A DNA stretch of 64,000 nt from a virus. The stretch is taken from positions 23,581 to 87,580 of IMG/VR virus record IMGVR_UViG_3300023174_000117, one strand, 5' to 3'. Below are positions 1 to 9,879 of the stretch, piece after piece (positions within the stretch are counted from its first letter, which is position 1; each line of letters opens with the position of its first letter). The position numbers and the translations under genes were made by a program. The notes beneath the pieces were generated by a model, which had not been told where the DNA came from, did not search any database, and saw only the letters and a program-made list of their open reading frames with translations.

Positions 1-908
1 TCAGACTTTTCAATTTCAAAATCCGGCTTATCTATGTCAACAGACAGCGACATATTAGATATTTTTGAATAAGAGGAGTTTTTAAGAATTGTTACGGATA
101 TATTAGATGCAATAAGAATTCCATACGAAGAGTTGTTCAAATCTAATATATTTGCTTTTCTAACGATTCCGTTTGAGTTGTTGTAATTTTTATAGTTTTC
201 TATTGCAACTATTGGTGCTGCAACTAGGTCCTCTATTGCGCCTTGAACTGTAGATGATGATATTACAGAACCTGTATTTGCATTGTCAAAATATATTTGG
301 TTTGAATTATGAGAATTGTTTTCTGATGATATATTTGAACCACTGTAATTTACGTGGGATGATATTATGCTGTCTAATGCGGCCTGAACATTGGAATCGG
401 AGAATGATTTTAATGATTCCGATGATGAACCTGAAAATGCCGAAGTAGATATTGCGGTTGCTGGATGCCTTGCTGAAGCACTCTTATTTAGGTGAGATGA
501 TAAATTTGCGCTAATTTCTTTAATCTGAAGCTCAAGAGAATCAATTACAGAATTAACGTAAGATACTTGTGCCTGCAGAACATTAGTTGGAAAATTTAGC
601 TTTAATTTATCTTCCTCTATGGCTGCAGTTTTTGCGATATTGTCGTTTGTGATTGGTCCATAAATCACATTTGCTTTATCGAGAGCCTCTTTCAATATTG
701 AACCAGACGGATCCAAACTCTTGGATAGCCTGGACGAGACGCTATTACCTATGGCACCCTGAGGGTTTATGCCTAAAGTTTTTTCAATTTGGATTATTGC
801 AGATCTAATAGAGTTTATGGAGTCTGCACCTATCTCATTTAAGTTGTTTCTTACTATAGGTAGCTCAGCAGATGTATCTATTTGATTTGGATATTTTGAA
901 TTTGACAT
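1..908 (-). CDS. Virion structural/tail-associated protein, 3'-truncated by the window edge (missing from the ORF track)
   Basis: ATG at 908 begins MSNSKYPNQIDTSAELPIVRNNLNEIGADSINSIRSAIIQIEKTLGINPQG; the same frame is open at the window edge. The YP..ID...AI..IE..LG..P.G N-terminus is typical of phage virion/tail proteins. Confidence 0.7.
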   Translation of the reverse strand, partial: MSNSKYPNQIDTSAELPIVRNNLNEIGADSINSIRSAIIQIEKTLGINPQGAIGNSVSSRLSKSLDPSGSILKEALDKANVIYGPITNDNIAKTAAIEEDKLKLNFPTNVLQAQVSYVNSVIDSLELQIKEISANLSSHLNKSASARHPATAISTSAFSGSSSESLKSFSDSNVQAALDSIISSHVNYSGSNISSENNSHNSNQIYFDNANTGSVISSSTVQGAIEDLVAAPIVAIENYKNYNNSNGIVRKANILDLNNSSYGILIASNISVTILKNSSYSKISNMSLSVDIDKPDFEIEKS

Positions 909-941
909 ACTCTATACTTATAATTTAATATATTGTTGTTT

Positions 942-1202
942 TTAATATACTAAATATTTTTCTTTAGAATTAGTTATTTCGTAGCACCCATTTTCAATAT
1001 TTATATTTTTGTCCGCTTCAACGGATGAATTACTTATAGGTAAAATTATGGATGGTTCAAAATTATTATAAGATATAAAGCTAAACTGAGATTCGCTTAA
1101 AGACATCATATTTATAACTTTTTCAGATATTTCATTATAATTTTTGAAAAAATAAGAAATATTAAAAAGAATGAAAATGATTAGAGAGGTATGCTTTAAC
1201 AT
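942..1202 (-). CDS. Small hypothetical protein with hydrophobic N-terminus
   Basis: ATG with AGGAAG upstream; fits the tight minus-strand gene packing. Confidence 0.45.
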   Translation of the reverse strand: MLKHTSLIIFILFNISYFFKNYNEISEKVINMMSLSESQFSFISYNNFEPSIILPISNSSVEADKNINIENGCYEITNSKEKYLVY

Positions 1203-1214
1203 GAAACTTCCTAA

Positions 1215-1463
1215 TTATTCTAATGATATTGGATCTATCTTAACTTTTTCTATATCAGTTTTATTCATAAGTTCTTTTATTGACTCTATATTTATATCGA
1301 AGTAAATCTTGGAACCATCTTCATCTTCTGATGAAAATTTATTTAAACTGACATTATTATCATTAAAACTATTAGTAATTATTTTAGATAGCTTTTTGTG
1401 AATAACCAGGTCTGTTTTAGCATTTAACTCTGCTAATTTTTTTATTAAAAATTCCTTATTCAT
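1215..1463 (-). CDS. Hypothetical protein (likely start MNKEFL)
   Basis: Internal ATG at 1463 overlaps the upstream stop and has a purine-rich RBS. Confidence 0.55.
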   Translation of the reverse strand: MNKEFLIKKLAELNAKTDLVIHKKLSKIITNSFNDNNVSLNKFSSEDEDGSKIYFDINIESIKELMNKTDIEKVKIDPISLE

Positions 1464-1701
1464 TTGGCTGCTCTTCCTTTTTTCCAAAATCCGTCCATTT
1501 TCTTGCAACATAAGCAGTGAATGTGGAAGACATATACATAGTAAGTATTGCTATGTCAACTGGCACAAAAGAAAAAGATAAGTATTTCTCAAATACTGGC
1601 GAGAAAGAAACAAGAATTATATTCATGGTTACAACAAGAAAGGAAATTGTTGCAAATGTTAACATCGCATCCTTTCTACCTTTGCTATTTTTAATCCACA
1701 T
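1456..1701 (-). CDS. Small two-TM membrane protein (holin-like)
   Basis: Two hydrophobic segments, charged C-terminus, GGAG RBS. Confidence 0.55.
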   Translation of the reverse strand: MWIKNSKGRKDAMLTFATISFLVVTMNIILVSFSPVFEKYLSFSFVPVDIAILTMYMSSTFTAYVARKWTDFGKKEEQPNE

Positions 1702-1709
1702 AGATTCTC

Positions 1710-3707
1710 CTAGGGGTTCTTCATGAATGGATATTGATACAGAATATCTGTCTTGTCCATTCTCATTAAATTTAACTTTTGCCTTCCGTACTTATTAAAT
1801 ACAAATCTTTCTCTCGATGAGTCTAAAACTTCATATATGAACTCAATATCATCAGTGTAATCAAATCGTATAATAACATCACGATCTTTTATTATTGGTT
1901 TATATAAGGCTAATGCGGATGGTTTGAATTCTTGATTTAGATGCTGATGATCCCCAAGCGCTAAATTTTCTGGGGTCTCATAGAATCTGATGAGAACCCG
2001 CTTATCAGCTCTCCTTTGATTGATATACTGCTCATATCCACCGACGATGCCCGTTCCAAAGCAGAACTTGCAACTTCTAATTTTAGGATGTTGCCTTCTT
2101 AAGGTCACACAACTGCAGGTTTCTCCAGACCATAGTCTCTTGAGAAGTACACATTTTTCTCCGACATTCTCCATCAGCTCCTCTTCTCTATCGAGAGCCC
2201 GCTGATATATATTTACTCCCCTAAATCCATTATATTCTCCACCAAGATATGTTCCGCAGTCGTTCTTATTGTTTAAAACTTCCCATGGCAATGGCTGGTG
2301 ATATCCGCAGTGATCTAGACCGTCATGGGCCATTTTCTCAAAATCAGAAAAGTCCGGAACAATAAGGCCAACAGCATTGTATTGTCTTCCGGTAGACTCT
2401 TGATCCTGATAGGTACAAGTGCCATAAATAATAACGTTGTTATCATCCTGGCAAGACAGGAACATCTCGACCGGATCCGATGAGTCATGATATGCCGGAG
2501 TTGTTCCGGAAAGTCCTCTGCCACCAGATGGCACCAGAAAATAATTTTCATCAAAATTTATTGAATTATATCTTATTACTTCGGTTCCAACTTTCAACAA
2601 ACCTGTGGCCGGAAACCCAACTACACTCGAAACTTTAATTATAGTGGATTCATCAGAAATCTCTTCAACAAGGGTTGTTGATGATGGCAGATAAAAAATT
2701 CCAGGAGAGAGCTCTCCCATGCCATCTGTATTCAAAGAGTCCTTGTACGTCTCCATAACTCTAGCGGCAAAGTAATATCCGATTCCAACGGAGAATTCTG
2801 ACAACGTTGTCTCAAGTATAGAACTATCTATCAGATACTTTGGTTCAGAATCAAAGATTTTAAGACGATCTTCTGAGTAGTATAGCAAAACATAAATATC
2901 GCTATTGTAAAATCTTGAAGCAGGCTTGGACCAGCTTATATAGAGATCTTTGCCATTTCCAAGGTCGCGAACAGACGTAACGCCCTGAAAGAAACCTACG
3001 AATCCACCTTGAGGAAATATGTCTGGAAGTGGTACTTCGGTATACTTTATAAAAAACTTAAAGGAGGAAGATAGAATCTTTGAACTTGAATTTGATATTT
3101 CATAACGAAGAGTGTATGCGCCATCTCTCAGGAACTCATCTGGATCTATTGTTATCTCTACGTCACGAAGAGTTACCGAGGTTATGTTGCTACCAATTCC
3201 ATGAAATCCGTTCTGAAAATCACCATTTTTAATTGCATAAGCGCCATTGATAGACACATTAATTGTAGATAAATCAAGATCTTCAGAGTCATCCTTAAAT
3301 TCCAAAAAAATCCTTTGAGGCGATACTACATTCGAATTGTTTTCGGGAGAAGAAAAGAAAAGATATGGCTTGTTTTCAATTACTTTGAAAGAATAATTAA
3401 AATTATTATATTTTCCTAAAAAGTTTTGAACCTGTATTTTAACGTTTATTATGGAGTTTTCTTCAAAGTTATTTTCAAGATTTATTACAACCGAAAGGTT
3501 ATCTCCGACTGGATTTATATCAGAATAAATTCCGGCAAACCCCGGCTTAAACTCAGAACCTTCTACTGCAGTTGTTCCGTTTATTTGAACAATCAATGTT
3601 GATGAATTGATTCCATTTCCATCATCAACAATAGTAAATTCAATTAATGTATCGAGAGGATTTCTTTTGGATCCCTCCGGAGGACTAACTCCAGTTAAAG
3701 AAAACAT
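1710..3707 (-). CDS. Virion neck/head-closure-like protein with N-terminal Ig-like repeats
   Basis: Two Ig-like beta repeats at the N-terminus; C-terminal CSC...CKFCFGTG Zn motif; late-promoter motif upstream. Confidence 0.55.
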   Translation of the reverse strand: MFSLTGVSPPEGSKRNPLDTLIEFTIVDDGNGINSSTLIVQINGTTAVEGSEFKPGFAGIYSDINPVGDNLSVVINLENNFEENSIINVKIQVQNFLGKYNNFNYSFKVIENKPYLFFSSPENNSNVVSPQRIFLEFKDDSEDLDLSTINVSINGAYAIKNGDFQNGFHGIGSNITSVTLRDVEITIDPDEFLRDGAYTLRYEISNSSSKILSSSFKFFIKYTEVPLPDIFPQGGFVGFFQGVTSVRDLGNGKDLYISWSKPASRFYNSDIYVLLYYSEDRLKIFDSEPKYLIDSSILETTLSEFSVGIGYYFAARVMETYKDSLNTDGMGELSPGIFYLPSSTTLVEEISDESTIIKVSSVVGFPATGLLKVGTEVIRYNSINFDENYFLVPSGGRGLSGTTPAYHDSSDPVEMFLSCQDDNNVIIYGTCTYQDQESTGRQYNAVGLIVPDFSDFEKMAHDGLDHCGYHQPLPWEVLNNKNDCGTYLGGEYNGFRGVNIYQRALDREEELMENVGEKCVLLKRLWSGETCSCVTLRRQHPKIRSCKFCFGTGIVGGYEQYINQRRADKRVLIRFYETPENLALGDHQHLNQEFKPSALALYKPIIKDRDVIIRFDYTDDIEFIYEVLDSSRERFVFNKYGRQKLNLMRMDKTDILYQYPFMKNP

Positions 3708-3748
3708 AATTTCTCCACACTTATTTAGATATTATTAATATCTAATGT

Positions 3749-4264
3749 TTACTTCAACTTTTTAAGAAGTTCTTCCTTCTTGGATTCTGCTTCTTCTTTA
3801 TCTTTTACTTTGTGATATTTTAGCAGCTTATTTACATATTTTTCGGCTTCTTTTTCCGAACGATTGTTTGCATCAAATTTTATTTGATTTTGAAAAGCCT
3901 CAATTTCTTCTGGTCTCTCTAGATATTTTTTCTTTCTTTTCGTTCTGTCTGTGTCAAACTCTTTTTCTATATGCTGAAATACGTGAGTTAGCTCGTGAAC
4001 AACATATCTGCATAATATCTCAAATTTTTCATCAAGCAGTGATGTATTTAGAAACATTTTTCCATCTATTGTCTTTGCAGTAACATCAAGCTTAGAATCA
4101 AATGCTATAGAAACTCCATCTAAATCCTCCGGTTTTCTGTCGTACTCTTCGCAAAGCTCTTTTACTACAGGATCTTTTTTGAGATATTTCTTGACCTTAG
4201 ATAATATCTTGACTTGATTTTCTATTGATTCAATCTTTTTTTTCTTCAGTTCTACTACATACAT
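3749..4264 (-). CDS. Zincin-like (HEXXH) metallopeptidase-domain protein
   Basis: HELTH motif plus downstream Y...P.EIEAF third-ligand segment. Confidence 0.65.
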   Translation of the reverse strand: MYVVELKKKKIESIENQVKILSKVKKYLKKDPVVKELCEEYDRKPEDLDGVSIAFDSKLDVTAKTIDGKMFLNTSLLDEKFEILCRYVVHELTHVFQHIEKEFDTDRTKRKKKYLERPEEIEAFQNQIKFDANNRSEKEAEKYVNKLLKYHKVKDKEEAESKKEELLKKLK

Positions 4265-4442
4265 TGTTCTGCATCCCGATTATATATTGTGCTAGCTTTG
4301 TACTTTGTTCCAGTTCTGAAATTCTTTCGCTTGCCTTACAGATTAAATTTTTCAGTCCAAGAATTTCTAACTCAATTTCGTCAGGCGTCTCTGGCTTTGA
4401 GAATCCAAGATAATCAATTTTGCATTTCTCTATCTTCTTCAT
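4230..4442 (-). CDS. Small hypothetical coiled-coil protein (start uncertain)
   Basis: C-terminal part of ORF 4230..4568 fills the gap between neighbouring genes. Confidence 0.3.
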   Translation of the reverse strand: MKKIEKCKIDYLGFSKPETPDEIELEILGLKNLICKASERISELEQSTKLAQYIIGMQNNVCSRTEEKKD

Positions 4443-4602
4443 GTGTCTCATCATCCTCTTGAGATTCGGCGCTAAACTTTCCAACACTCTCTGGTGGAGA
4501 TGATACTGTAATACAAATATCTTTAACCTGCTCGGATATTTTATTTTTAAGAAGGGCGCATTCCTCAATGAGTAATTTTAAGTTATTATCTAAAATATTC
4601 AT
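4414..4602 (-). CDS. Small hypothetical protein
   Basis: AGGA RBS; starts directly after the upstream gene. Confidence 0.45.
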   Translation of the reverse strand: MNILDNNLKLLIEECALLKNKISEQVKDICITVSSPPESVGKFSAESQEDDETHEEDREMQN

Positions 4603-4610
4603 TCTGAATC

Positions 4611-4988
4611 CTATTTTTTTGATAAAAAGAATTTTATTTGTTCTAACGTTTGGGATGTGTCACTGGCCAGCTTGTGATAATCGCCAATGATTTTCTTCAA
4701 GTCATCTATTCGCTCAGATCTTAATTGAGAATTTTCTTGCGTTTTTTCCTGAAGCTCTTTTTGAGCATTTATAAGTTCTCTTTCTAGGTAGTTGATTTTT
4801 TTCTCATATCTTTCTTGATTTTGAGTTACTTTCGTCTCAAGTACCTTCTCTTTTTCATTTATGTTTTTTTCTTTTCCAAACATTTTATTTTCTTTATGAA
4901 TATTCCAAAAGAAAATCATGGCCGCAATAATTCCCCAAATGCCACCCTTTTCTATAAGCCCAGATATTATAATAGTAAAAGGATCCAT
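4611..4988 (-). CDS. Membrane-anchored coiled-coil protein (holin/spanin-like)
   Basis: N-terminal TM segment (GGIWGIIAAMIFFW) followed by a coiled coil; late-promoter motif 17 nt upstream. Confidence 0.55.
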   Translation of the reverse strand: MDPFTIIISGLIEKGGIWGIIAAMIFFWNIHKENKMFGKEKNINEKEKVLETKVTQNQERYEKKINYLERELINAQKELQEKTQENSQLRSERIDDLKKIIGDYHKLASDTSQTLEQIKFFLSKK

Positions 4989-5073
4989 GATTATTTACCT
5001 GTAATATTAGCAGAGTTTTATAGTTATTACTTTTATATCTTTATATAGCAAACTTGAACTTTAAAAGGAGATA

Positions 5074-5307
5074 ATGATGAAAGATTATATTTTTATATTG
5101 GCAAGCACATCAGATGTTGGACAAATTGATCTGTCGGGCTTGGTCGAACTATACAACCAGGGCAGCCCTTTTGTAAAAGTTTATCCATTTCAGGTTCCGA
5201 CTCAATGCGACGATACGACAGTAAGTCTAATGGGAAGGGGATTTGCTTTTAATGCCGGATATAATTCAATCGGAACAATAAGTATGGTAATAGCTGTCAA
5301 TCCATAA
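5074..5307 (+). CDS. Hypothetical protein on the opposite strand
   Basis: Strong AAGGAG RBS; fills an otherwise empty gap. Confidence 0.6.
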   Translation: MMKDYIFILASTSDVGQIDLSGLVELYNQGSPFVKVYPFQVPTQCDDTTVSLMGRGFAFNAGYNSIGTISMVIAVNP

Positions 5308-5323
5308 TTATTGTATTGATAAT

Positions 5324-6232
5324 CTATATTATTCTTCTGGCTCGAACGTGGCGAAGGCGATTCAGGGCAGGACTTCCGCTGGTCAAATTACTATAGGTTC
5401 CAAAGCTTCTTGGTCCAGGTCTAATGCTGTTCTTGATAAACTTAAGCCTTTCCCTATAGCTGCTTAGCCAAGTACCAAAGTGAGTCTGTAAGAAGTCACC
5501 TAAAGCTGGTGGCTGATAAGAGAGTCCTCCATCGCTTATGGTGAAATCTCTGCCCTTTTCAATTAATGCCTGGGAGGATATTGCAAAAACATAAGCTCCC
5601 TCTACAAGAGCTGCGGCAAATAACTTGTAAATAACTTCATCGGCAAAAGTAAAACTTGTAAAGAATGGAATCATATTGAATTCAGAAAGGGCCTGACAGA
5701 GAAAACATATTAGGATATCATCTGAAAAGACATCGCATTCTTCGGTTATGATCTCACCGTAAGAATCGTACATTATTGCGCCAAATTCATCTCTTTTAGG
5801 CTTCTTACCTGAATTGCGAAGTCTTGCCTTAAGAAACTTCAGAAGAACGTTTATGCCTAAAATTTCGGCGTCTGTAAAGTCAAAATTGACATCATCTCCA
5901 AGTCTTATAGATCCTGATATGGCAGAAGATTCATCAACAACGAGAAACTGAAATACGTTTTGTACAGAGATTCCATTTATTTGTGCAGACCAGCTATCAG
6001 TCCAGTTGCCCTTATCAGATAATTTTGGAACAGAATATGTATATTGATATAACCCCAATTCAACTCTAGTTATGCCACTAGAAGTAGGGCCAACAATCAC
6101 ATTCCCATTGAGGTCTTTTATAGTTATCTCTGGAGTCGAATCGGTATCTGTCGGTAGACCGTCGATACCGTAATATTGAATGGAAAGGATTACATCCTGT
6201 CCACGAATTGCTTTGCTTCTGGTATTTGCCAT
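5324..6232 (-). CDS. Putative head-tail adaptor/neck protein with N-terminal Ig-like domain
   Basis: N-terminal beta domain (GLYQYTYSVP...W.D.W) and helical C-terminus; structural-gene context. Confidence 0.55.
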   Translation of the reverse strand: MANTRSKAIRGQDVILSIQYYGIDGLPTDTDSTPEITIKDLNGNVIVGPTSSGITRVELGLYQYTYSVPKLSDKGNWTDSWSAQINGISVQNVFQFLVVDESSAISGSIRLGDDVNFDFTDAEILGINVLLKFLKARLRNSGKKPKRDEFGAIMYDSYGEIITEECDVFSDDILICFLCQALSEFNMIPFFTSFTFADEVIYKLFAAALVEGAYVFAISSQALIEKGRDFTISDGGLSYQPPALGDFLQTHFGTWLSSYRERLKFIKNSIRPGPRSFGTYSNLTSGSPALNRLRHVRARRII

Positions 6233-6565
6233 TTATTTAGGCTCCGCTCTTGGTGCAGATATCACTTGTTTTTGTGACTGGGACGAAACTGTGAAGTTAT
6301 CTATTGTAACGTAATCTTCACCACTTAACGTTGTTTTTATTATAACAATATAATCTCCAGCTATCTGGGGAGTAAAGCTATAATAGTATGTAGCAGAACT
6401 TGAATCTATGGCTGTTGCCAAAGCAGGTAGGCCAGGAACCAGGGAGCCGTTTGGTTTTATAATTTTTTCTATCGTCGGAACTTGTCCAACTAGCGGCTTT
6501 CCATTTAATGTTACTTGCACCGGTATCTTTACCTCGGCCCCAAGCAAATAGCTTCCTAAACCCAT
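6233..6565 (-). CDS. Small Ig-fold virion protein (likely start MGLGS)
   Basis: Resembles the N-domain of the downstream gene (YYYSFTP...GDY); AGGTGA RBS before ATG 6565. Confidence 0.55.
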   Translation of the reverse strand: MGLGSYLLGAEVKIPVQVTLNGKPLVGQVPTIEKIIKPNGSLVPGLPALATAIDSSSATYYYSFTPQIAGDYIVIIKTTLSGEDYVTIDNFTVSSQSQKQVISAPRAEPK

Positions 6566-6610
6566 GAAATCACCTACTACTATCAATAATTATTAATATA
6601 TGAGAAGTGC

Positions 6611-7696
6611 ATGAAAAAATTAAAAGTTGGAATTACAACCAGAGATGAGGCAAGTATTTGGTCTAATGGTTTGGACCAAAATATATATTTTCTGTATAAG
6701 ATGCTTGAAGACATGGGTTATGACCCACATTTGATTACAGAAGCACAGAATTCTCTAAAACTTGTCGACATTAAAGTTGAAAAACAGGATGTCTATTCTA
6801 TTCGAGAGTTTGACCTTGTACTTGAAGTAGCTCACCCATTAAGTGAGAAACTTACTTCATATTATAACAGCCTTGGAAAACCATTAGTTTCTATAAAATA
6901 TGGAAACTCTTTTATGATAGATTTGGAAAAATATATTCAAAAAAATGGAGAAAATAAAAATTTTTCTACAGGTGTAAATATCCCATTCCGAAATAGAGAG
7001 ATTTGGGTTTCAGAACAATTCTATAAATTCAAGGATTATATAGAAGTTTTAACAAGAACTAACGTCAAAGTAATTCCTTACATTTGGGATTCTTCTATAT
7101 TAAGAATGTATGATGAGGGCTTTCATAATCAGGATATGAAAGTTAAGAAAGAAGATTTCAGAAAGTTAGCTATAGTTGAGCCAAACTTAAATATATTGAA
7201 AAACTGCATGGTCCCTCTAGCTATATGTGATATGGCTTACGATAAAAGAAGTGACCTGATCAAGGAAGTTCTTTGCTTCAATTCAAAGTCGATGGATAAA
7301 AATAACGTATTTATGAATTATATTAAGTGCTTAAATATACATAAGAATAAAATATCTTCCTATGAGGGCAGATACCCATTGTATAAGATATTTAAAAATA
7401 ACAATGCAAATACGATTATTTCAAATCAACTTTTTAACGAACAAAATTATGTCTACTTAGAAACGCTTTTTTACAAAAGACTTCTTATTCACAATAGCCC
7501 GCTATTTAAAGATGTTGGATATTACTATCCGGAATTTGATGTAAATAAAGGTTCCGACGTATTGATTGAGGCGCTGGAATCATTCGATCAAGTTAAACAT
7601 ATTGATTCTTATGAGGCGAAACTAGAGCAAGTTTCTATTTATAATGAGAAGAACCAACAAGTGACAAGAGAACTTATTGAAGGTGTTTTAAAATGA
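6611..7696 (+). CDS. DUF2827-family putative glycosyltransferase
   Basis: W-S-N-G-L-x-Q-N-x-Y-F-L N-terminal motif, PYIW, EPN.N..K and C-terminal Y.YLE...L.HNS....GYYY, as I recall for DUF2827 proteins. Confidence 0.7.
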   Translation: MKKLKVGITTRDEASIWSNGLDQNIYFLYKMLEDMGYDPHLITEAQNSLKLVDIKVEKQDVYSIREFDLVLEVAHPLSEKLTSYYNSLGKPLVSIKYGNSFMIDLEKYIQKNGENKNFSTGVNIPFRNREIWVSEQFYKFKDYIEVLTRTNVKVIPYIWDSSILRMYDEGFHNQDMKVKKEDFRKLAIVEPNLNILKNCMVPLAICDMAYDKRSDLIKEVLCFNSKSMDKNNVFMNYIKCLNIHKNKISSYEGRYPLYKIFKNNNANTIISNQLFNEQNYVYLETLFYKRLLIHNSPLFKDVGYYYPEFDVNKGSDVLIEALESFDQVKHIDSYEAKLEQVSIYNEKNQQVTRELIEGVLK

Positions 7697-8769
7697 GAAA
7701 ACTCAAGATAGGTGTGACCTGCAAGGACTCCTCTAAACTTTGGTCCAATGGTTTAACTCAAAATGCTTATTTTTTAATTGAACTTCTAAAAAAGATAGGA
7801 TACAAGAGAGTTGATCCCGTATCTCAATTTGATGATGCGAAAAAATTTATAGAAGAATATGAAATACTCCATTTAAATAAAGACACGATCACAAATTATG
7901 ATCTTATTATTGAGGTTTGTTATTCCGTTACTGATAACCTATTAGATTATGCAAAAAAGAAAGGTATAAAGGTAATAACGATTAACTACGGCAACATCCT
8001 GATGTTGATGCAGGAGGACTTAGTTTTAAATCCAAAAAGCAATCCTGCGGTTAATAGAGGCGGATTAGACTCTTGGATCTCTCCACACTTTGAGTTTTCA
8101 AAAGGATTTGTTGAGACAACATCAAAGGGAAGGGTTGAAATCTGTCCTTATATTTGGTCTCCAAAGATATTTAACAAATATTGCAAAACAAATAATTTAG
8201 ATATTTTTTATAAAGACAAAGCAAACATAAACAAAGTTGGAATATTTGAATCAAATATAAACATAATTAAAACATGTATTTATCCTCTAATTTCTTTGGA
8301 GAAGTTAGAGAGAGAAGATAAAAATATAATAAAGGAAATCCTCATCTTTAATGCTGTACATCTGAAGGATAACCCTAAATTCAAGGAAATAACATCAAAT
8401 TTTGATATATTTTTAAACAAAAAAATATCGGCAGAGGGAAGATACCCACTGCCGAATATGTTGGCGAAAGGCTATGTTGGAATGATTCTCTCTCACCAAT
8501 TTTATTGCGATCTAAATTATCTAACTCTAGAAGGATTTTATTCTGGTCACCCCGTAATTCATAACAGCGAATTCTGTAAGGATGCTGGATATTTTTACGA
8601 AACATTTAGTGCGGATAGCTGCGTATCTCAAATAAAGAAGGCCATAGAAACTCACGATGAAAATATAGAAAATTATAGAAAATCGGCCAAAGAAGTTATA
8701 TTTAAGTTCTCCGCAGAGAATCCAGAGAACATAACAAAATATAGATATCTTATAGATAATATCAGCTAG
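7693..8769 (+). CDS. DUF2827-family putative glycosyltransferase (paralog)
   Basis: Same motifs (WSNGLTQNAYFL, PYIWSP, ESNINIIK, LNY..LE..Y.G.P.IHNS); ATGA overlap with the upstream paralog. Confidence 0.7.
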   Translation: MRKLKIGVTCKDSSKLWSNGLTQNAYFLIELLKKIGYKRVDPVSQFDDAKKFIEEYEILHLNKDTITNYDLIIEVCYSVTDNLLDYAKKKGIKVITINYGNILMLMQEDLVLNPKSNPAVNRGGLDSWISPHFEFSKGFVETTSKGRVEICPYIWSPKIFNKYCKTNNLDIFYKDKANINKVGIFESNINIIKTCIYPLISLEKLEREDKNIIKEILIFNAVHLKDNPKFKEITSNFDIFLNKKISAEGRYPLPNMLAKGYVGMILSHQFYCDLNYLTLEGFYSGHPVIHNSEFCKDAGYFYETFSADSCVSQIKKAIETHDENIENYRKSAKEVIFKFSAENPENITKYRYLIDNIS

Positions 8770-9103
8770 ATTTCATATATTTGACAATAACTACGGATGT
8801 TCCTGGCAGCCAACGATTGAAATTTCCATCGTATAAAACGAAATCAAATCCATCCAAAGATGTTTTTTCTGAAAAATCAAAGTCATGAGAAGCTTTTAAT
8901 CCGTTGACAAAAACTTCTAATGATGAACTTACAAAGCTATAGGAAGTAATGTAGCTATATTTTCCAGGAAGAACTTGTTTTGTTATATCCTCGGTGATGT
9001 GTATGACACCGTTTATTTCAGTTCTTATTACGCTATTTCCATATGGCGTATTTCCTTCATCCGTAACTGAAAAATTTCCAGATGTTATATTAATTATTGC
9101 CAT
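8762..9103 (-). CDS. Small virion protein
   Basis: LEVFVNG...DF...IVKY domain, shared with the C-terminus of the 918-aa fibre. Confidence 0.6.
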   Translation of the reverse strand: MAIINITSGNFSVTDEGNTPYGNSVIRTEINGVIHITEDITKQVLPGKYSYITSYSFVSSSLEVFVNGLKASHDFDFSEKTSLDGFDFVLYDGNFNRWLPGTSVVIVKYMKSS

Positions 9104-9413
9104 CTATTTCCTCAAATACCTCTAAAAATGGTGCATTTGGAACTTCGTTGTTTATAGGAAATCGCATAGCATCATCTGGATTCGTATAAATATCGTTGGC
9201 TTGAACAAAATTATCAAAGTGATATTTGAACGCAAAGTCTTTATAAGCGGCAATCCATTTGTTTAGTCTTAGCAACTGCTGCCTTGTCTCCGAAGAAAGA
9301 GCTTCGCTATGGTCTTGCAGTAAAAGCTCTTCAAATGGCTTGTAATAAAAATTTGCATCATTTTCAGCACGCTCTTGACAAACCCTGTTCTTTGATTTGA
9401 CATAAACAGGCAT
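9090..9413 (-). CDS. Hypothetical protein (likely start MPVYV)
   Basis: GGAGG RBS upstream of ATG 9413. Confidence 0.55.
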   Translation of the reverse strand: MPVYVKSKNRVCQERAENDANFYYKPFEELLLQDHSEALSSETRQQLLRLNKWIAAYKDFAFKYHFDNFVQANDIYTNPDDAMRFPINNEVPNAPFLEVFEEIDGNN

Positions 9414-9414
9414 A

Positions 9415-9765
9415 TTAGGCCCTCCCAATTCTCTCTAAAAAGCTTCGAGCCCTGTCCGAAGGATGCATTGCGGAAAATTCAGTATTTTCTTCGGAAGTTA
9501 TTCCGGTTGAAGATGGTCCTTCCTGCCCTGGTTTATTCTGTTCACTTATGGACTCAAGAATCGGAAGTATTTCAGAGTAGACCTCCTCTCTAACTTTCCC
9601 ATCATATTTGACCATAATTACTTTATTTAAATCGTTACAATCATCATTCAATATATCCTTAAGGCAGTCCAAATAACCTTCTGAGTAAGAAACAGCCTTA
9701 CTACTTTCACTTTTTGCATTTTTTATTTGCGAAATTAAATTTAATAACTTATCTCTAGCATTCAT
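9415..9765 (-). CDS. Hypothetical protein (likely start MNARD)
   Basis: AGGAG RBS and late-promoter motif upstream of ATG 9765; the longer ORF call runs through a terminator. Confidence 0.6.
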   Translation of the reverse strand: MNARDKLLNLISQIKNAKSESSKAVSYSEGYLDCLKDILNDDCNDLNKVIMVKYDGKVREEVYSEILPILESISEQNKPGQEGPSSTGITSEENTEFSAMHPSDRARSFLERIGRA

Positions 9766-9816
9766 ATTGACTCCTAGAATATAAGTCTTAATTAGTAATA
9801 GGGCGAATAATAAATA

Positions 9817-9850
9817 AAAAAAGAGGGGGTGAGAAAAACTCACCCCCTCC
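9817..9850 (-). terminator. Rho-independent terminator after the fibre gene
   Basis: GAGGGGGTGAG/CTCACCCCCTC stem followed by a U-tract on the minus strand. Confidence 0.85.
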
Positions 9851-9879
9851 ATCAGATTAAAACAGCTTTATTTTGCCAA

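Noticed and set aside
254-448. Plus-strand 64-aa ORF
   Set aside because: Lies antisense within the minus-strand gene that starts at 908 and runs off the window
9766-9852. Hydrophobic N-terminal extension (apparent signal peptide) of ORF 9415..9852
   Set aside because: It is translated terminator and promoter sequence; the RBS supports ATG 9765
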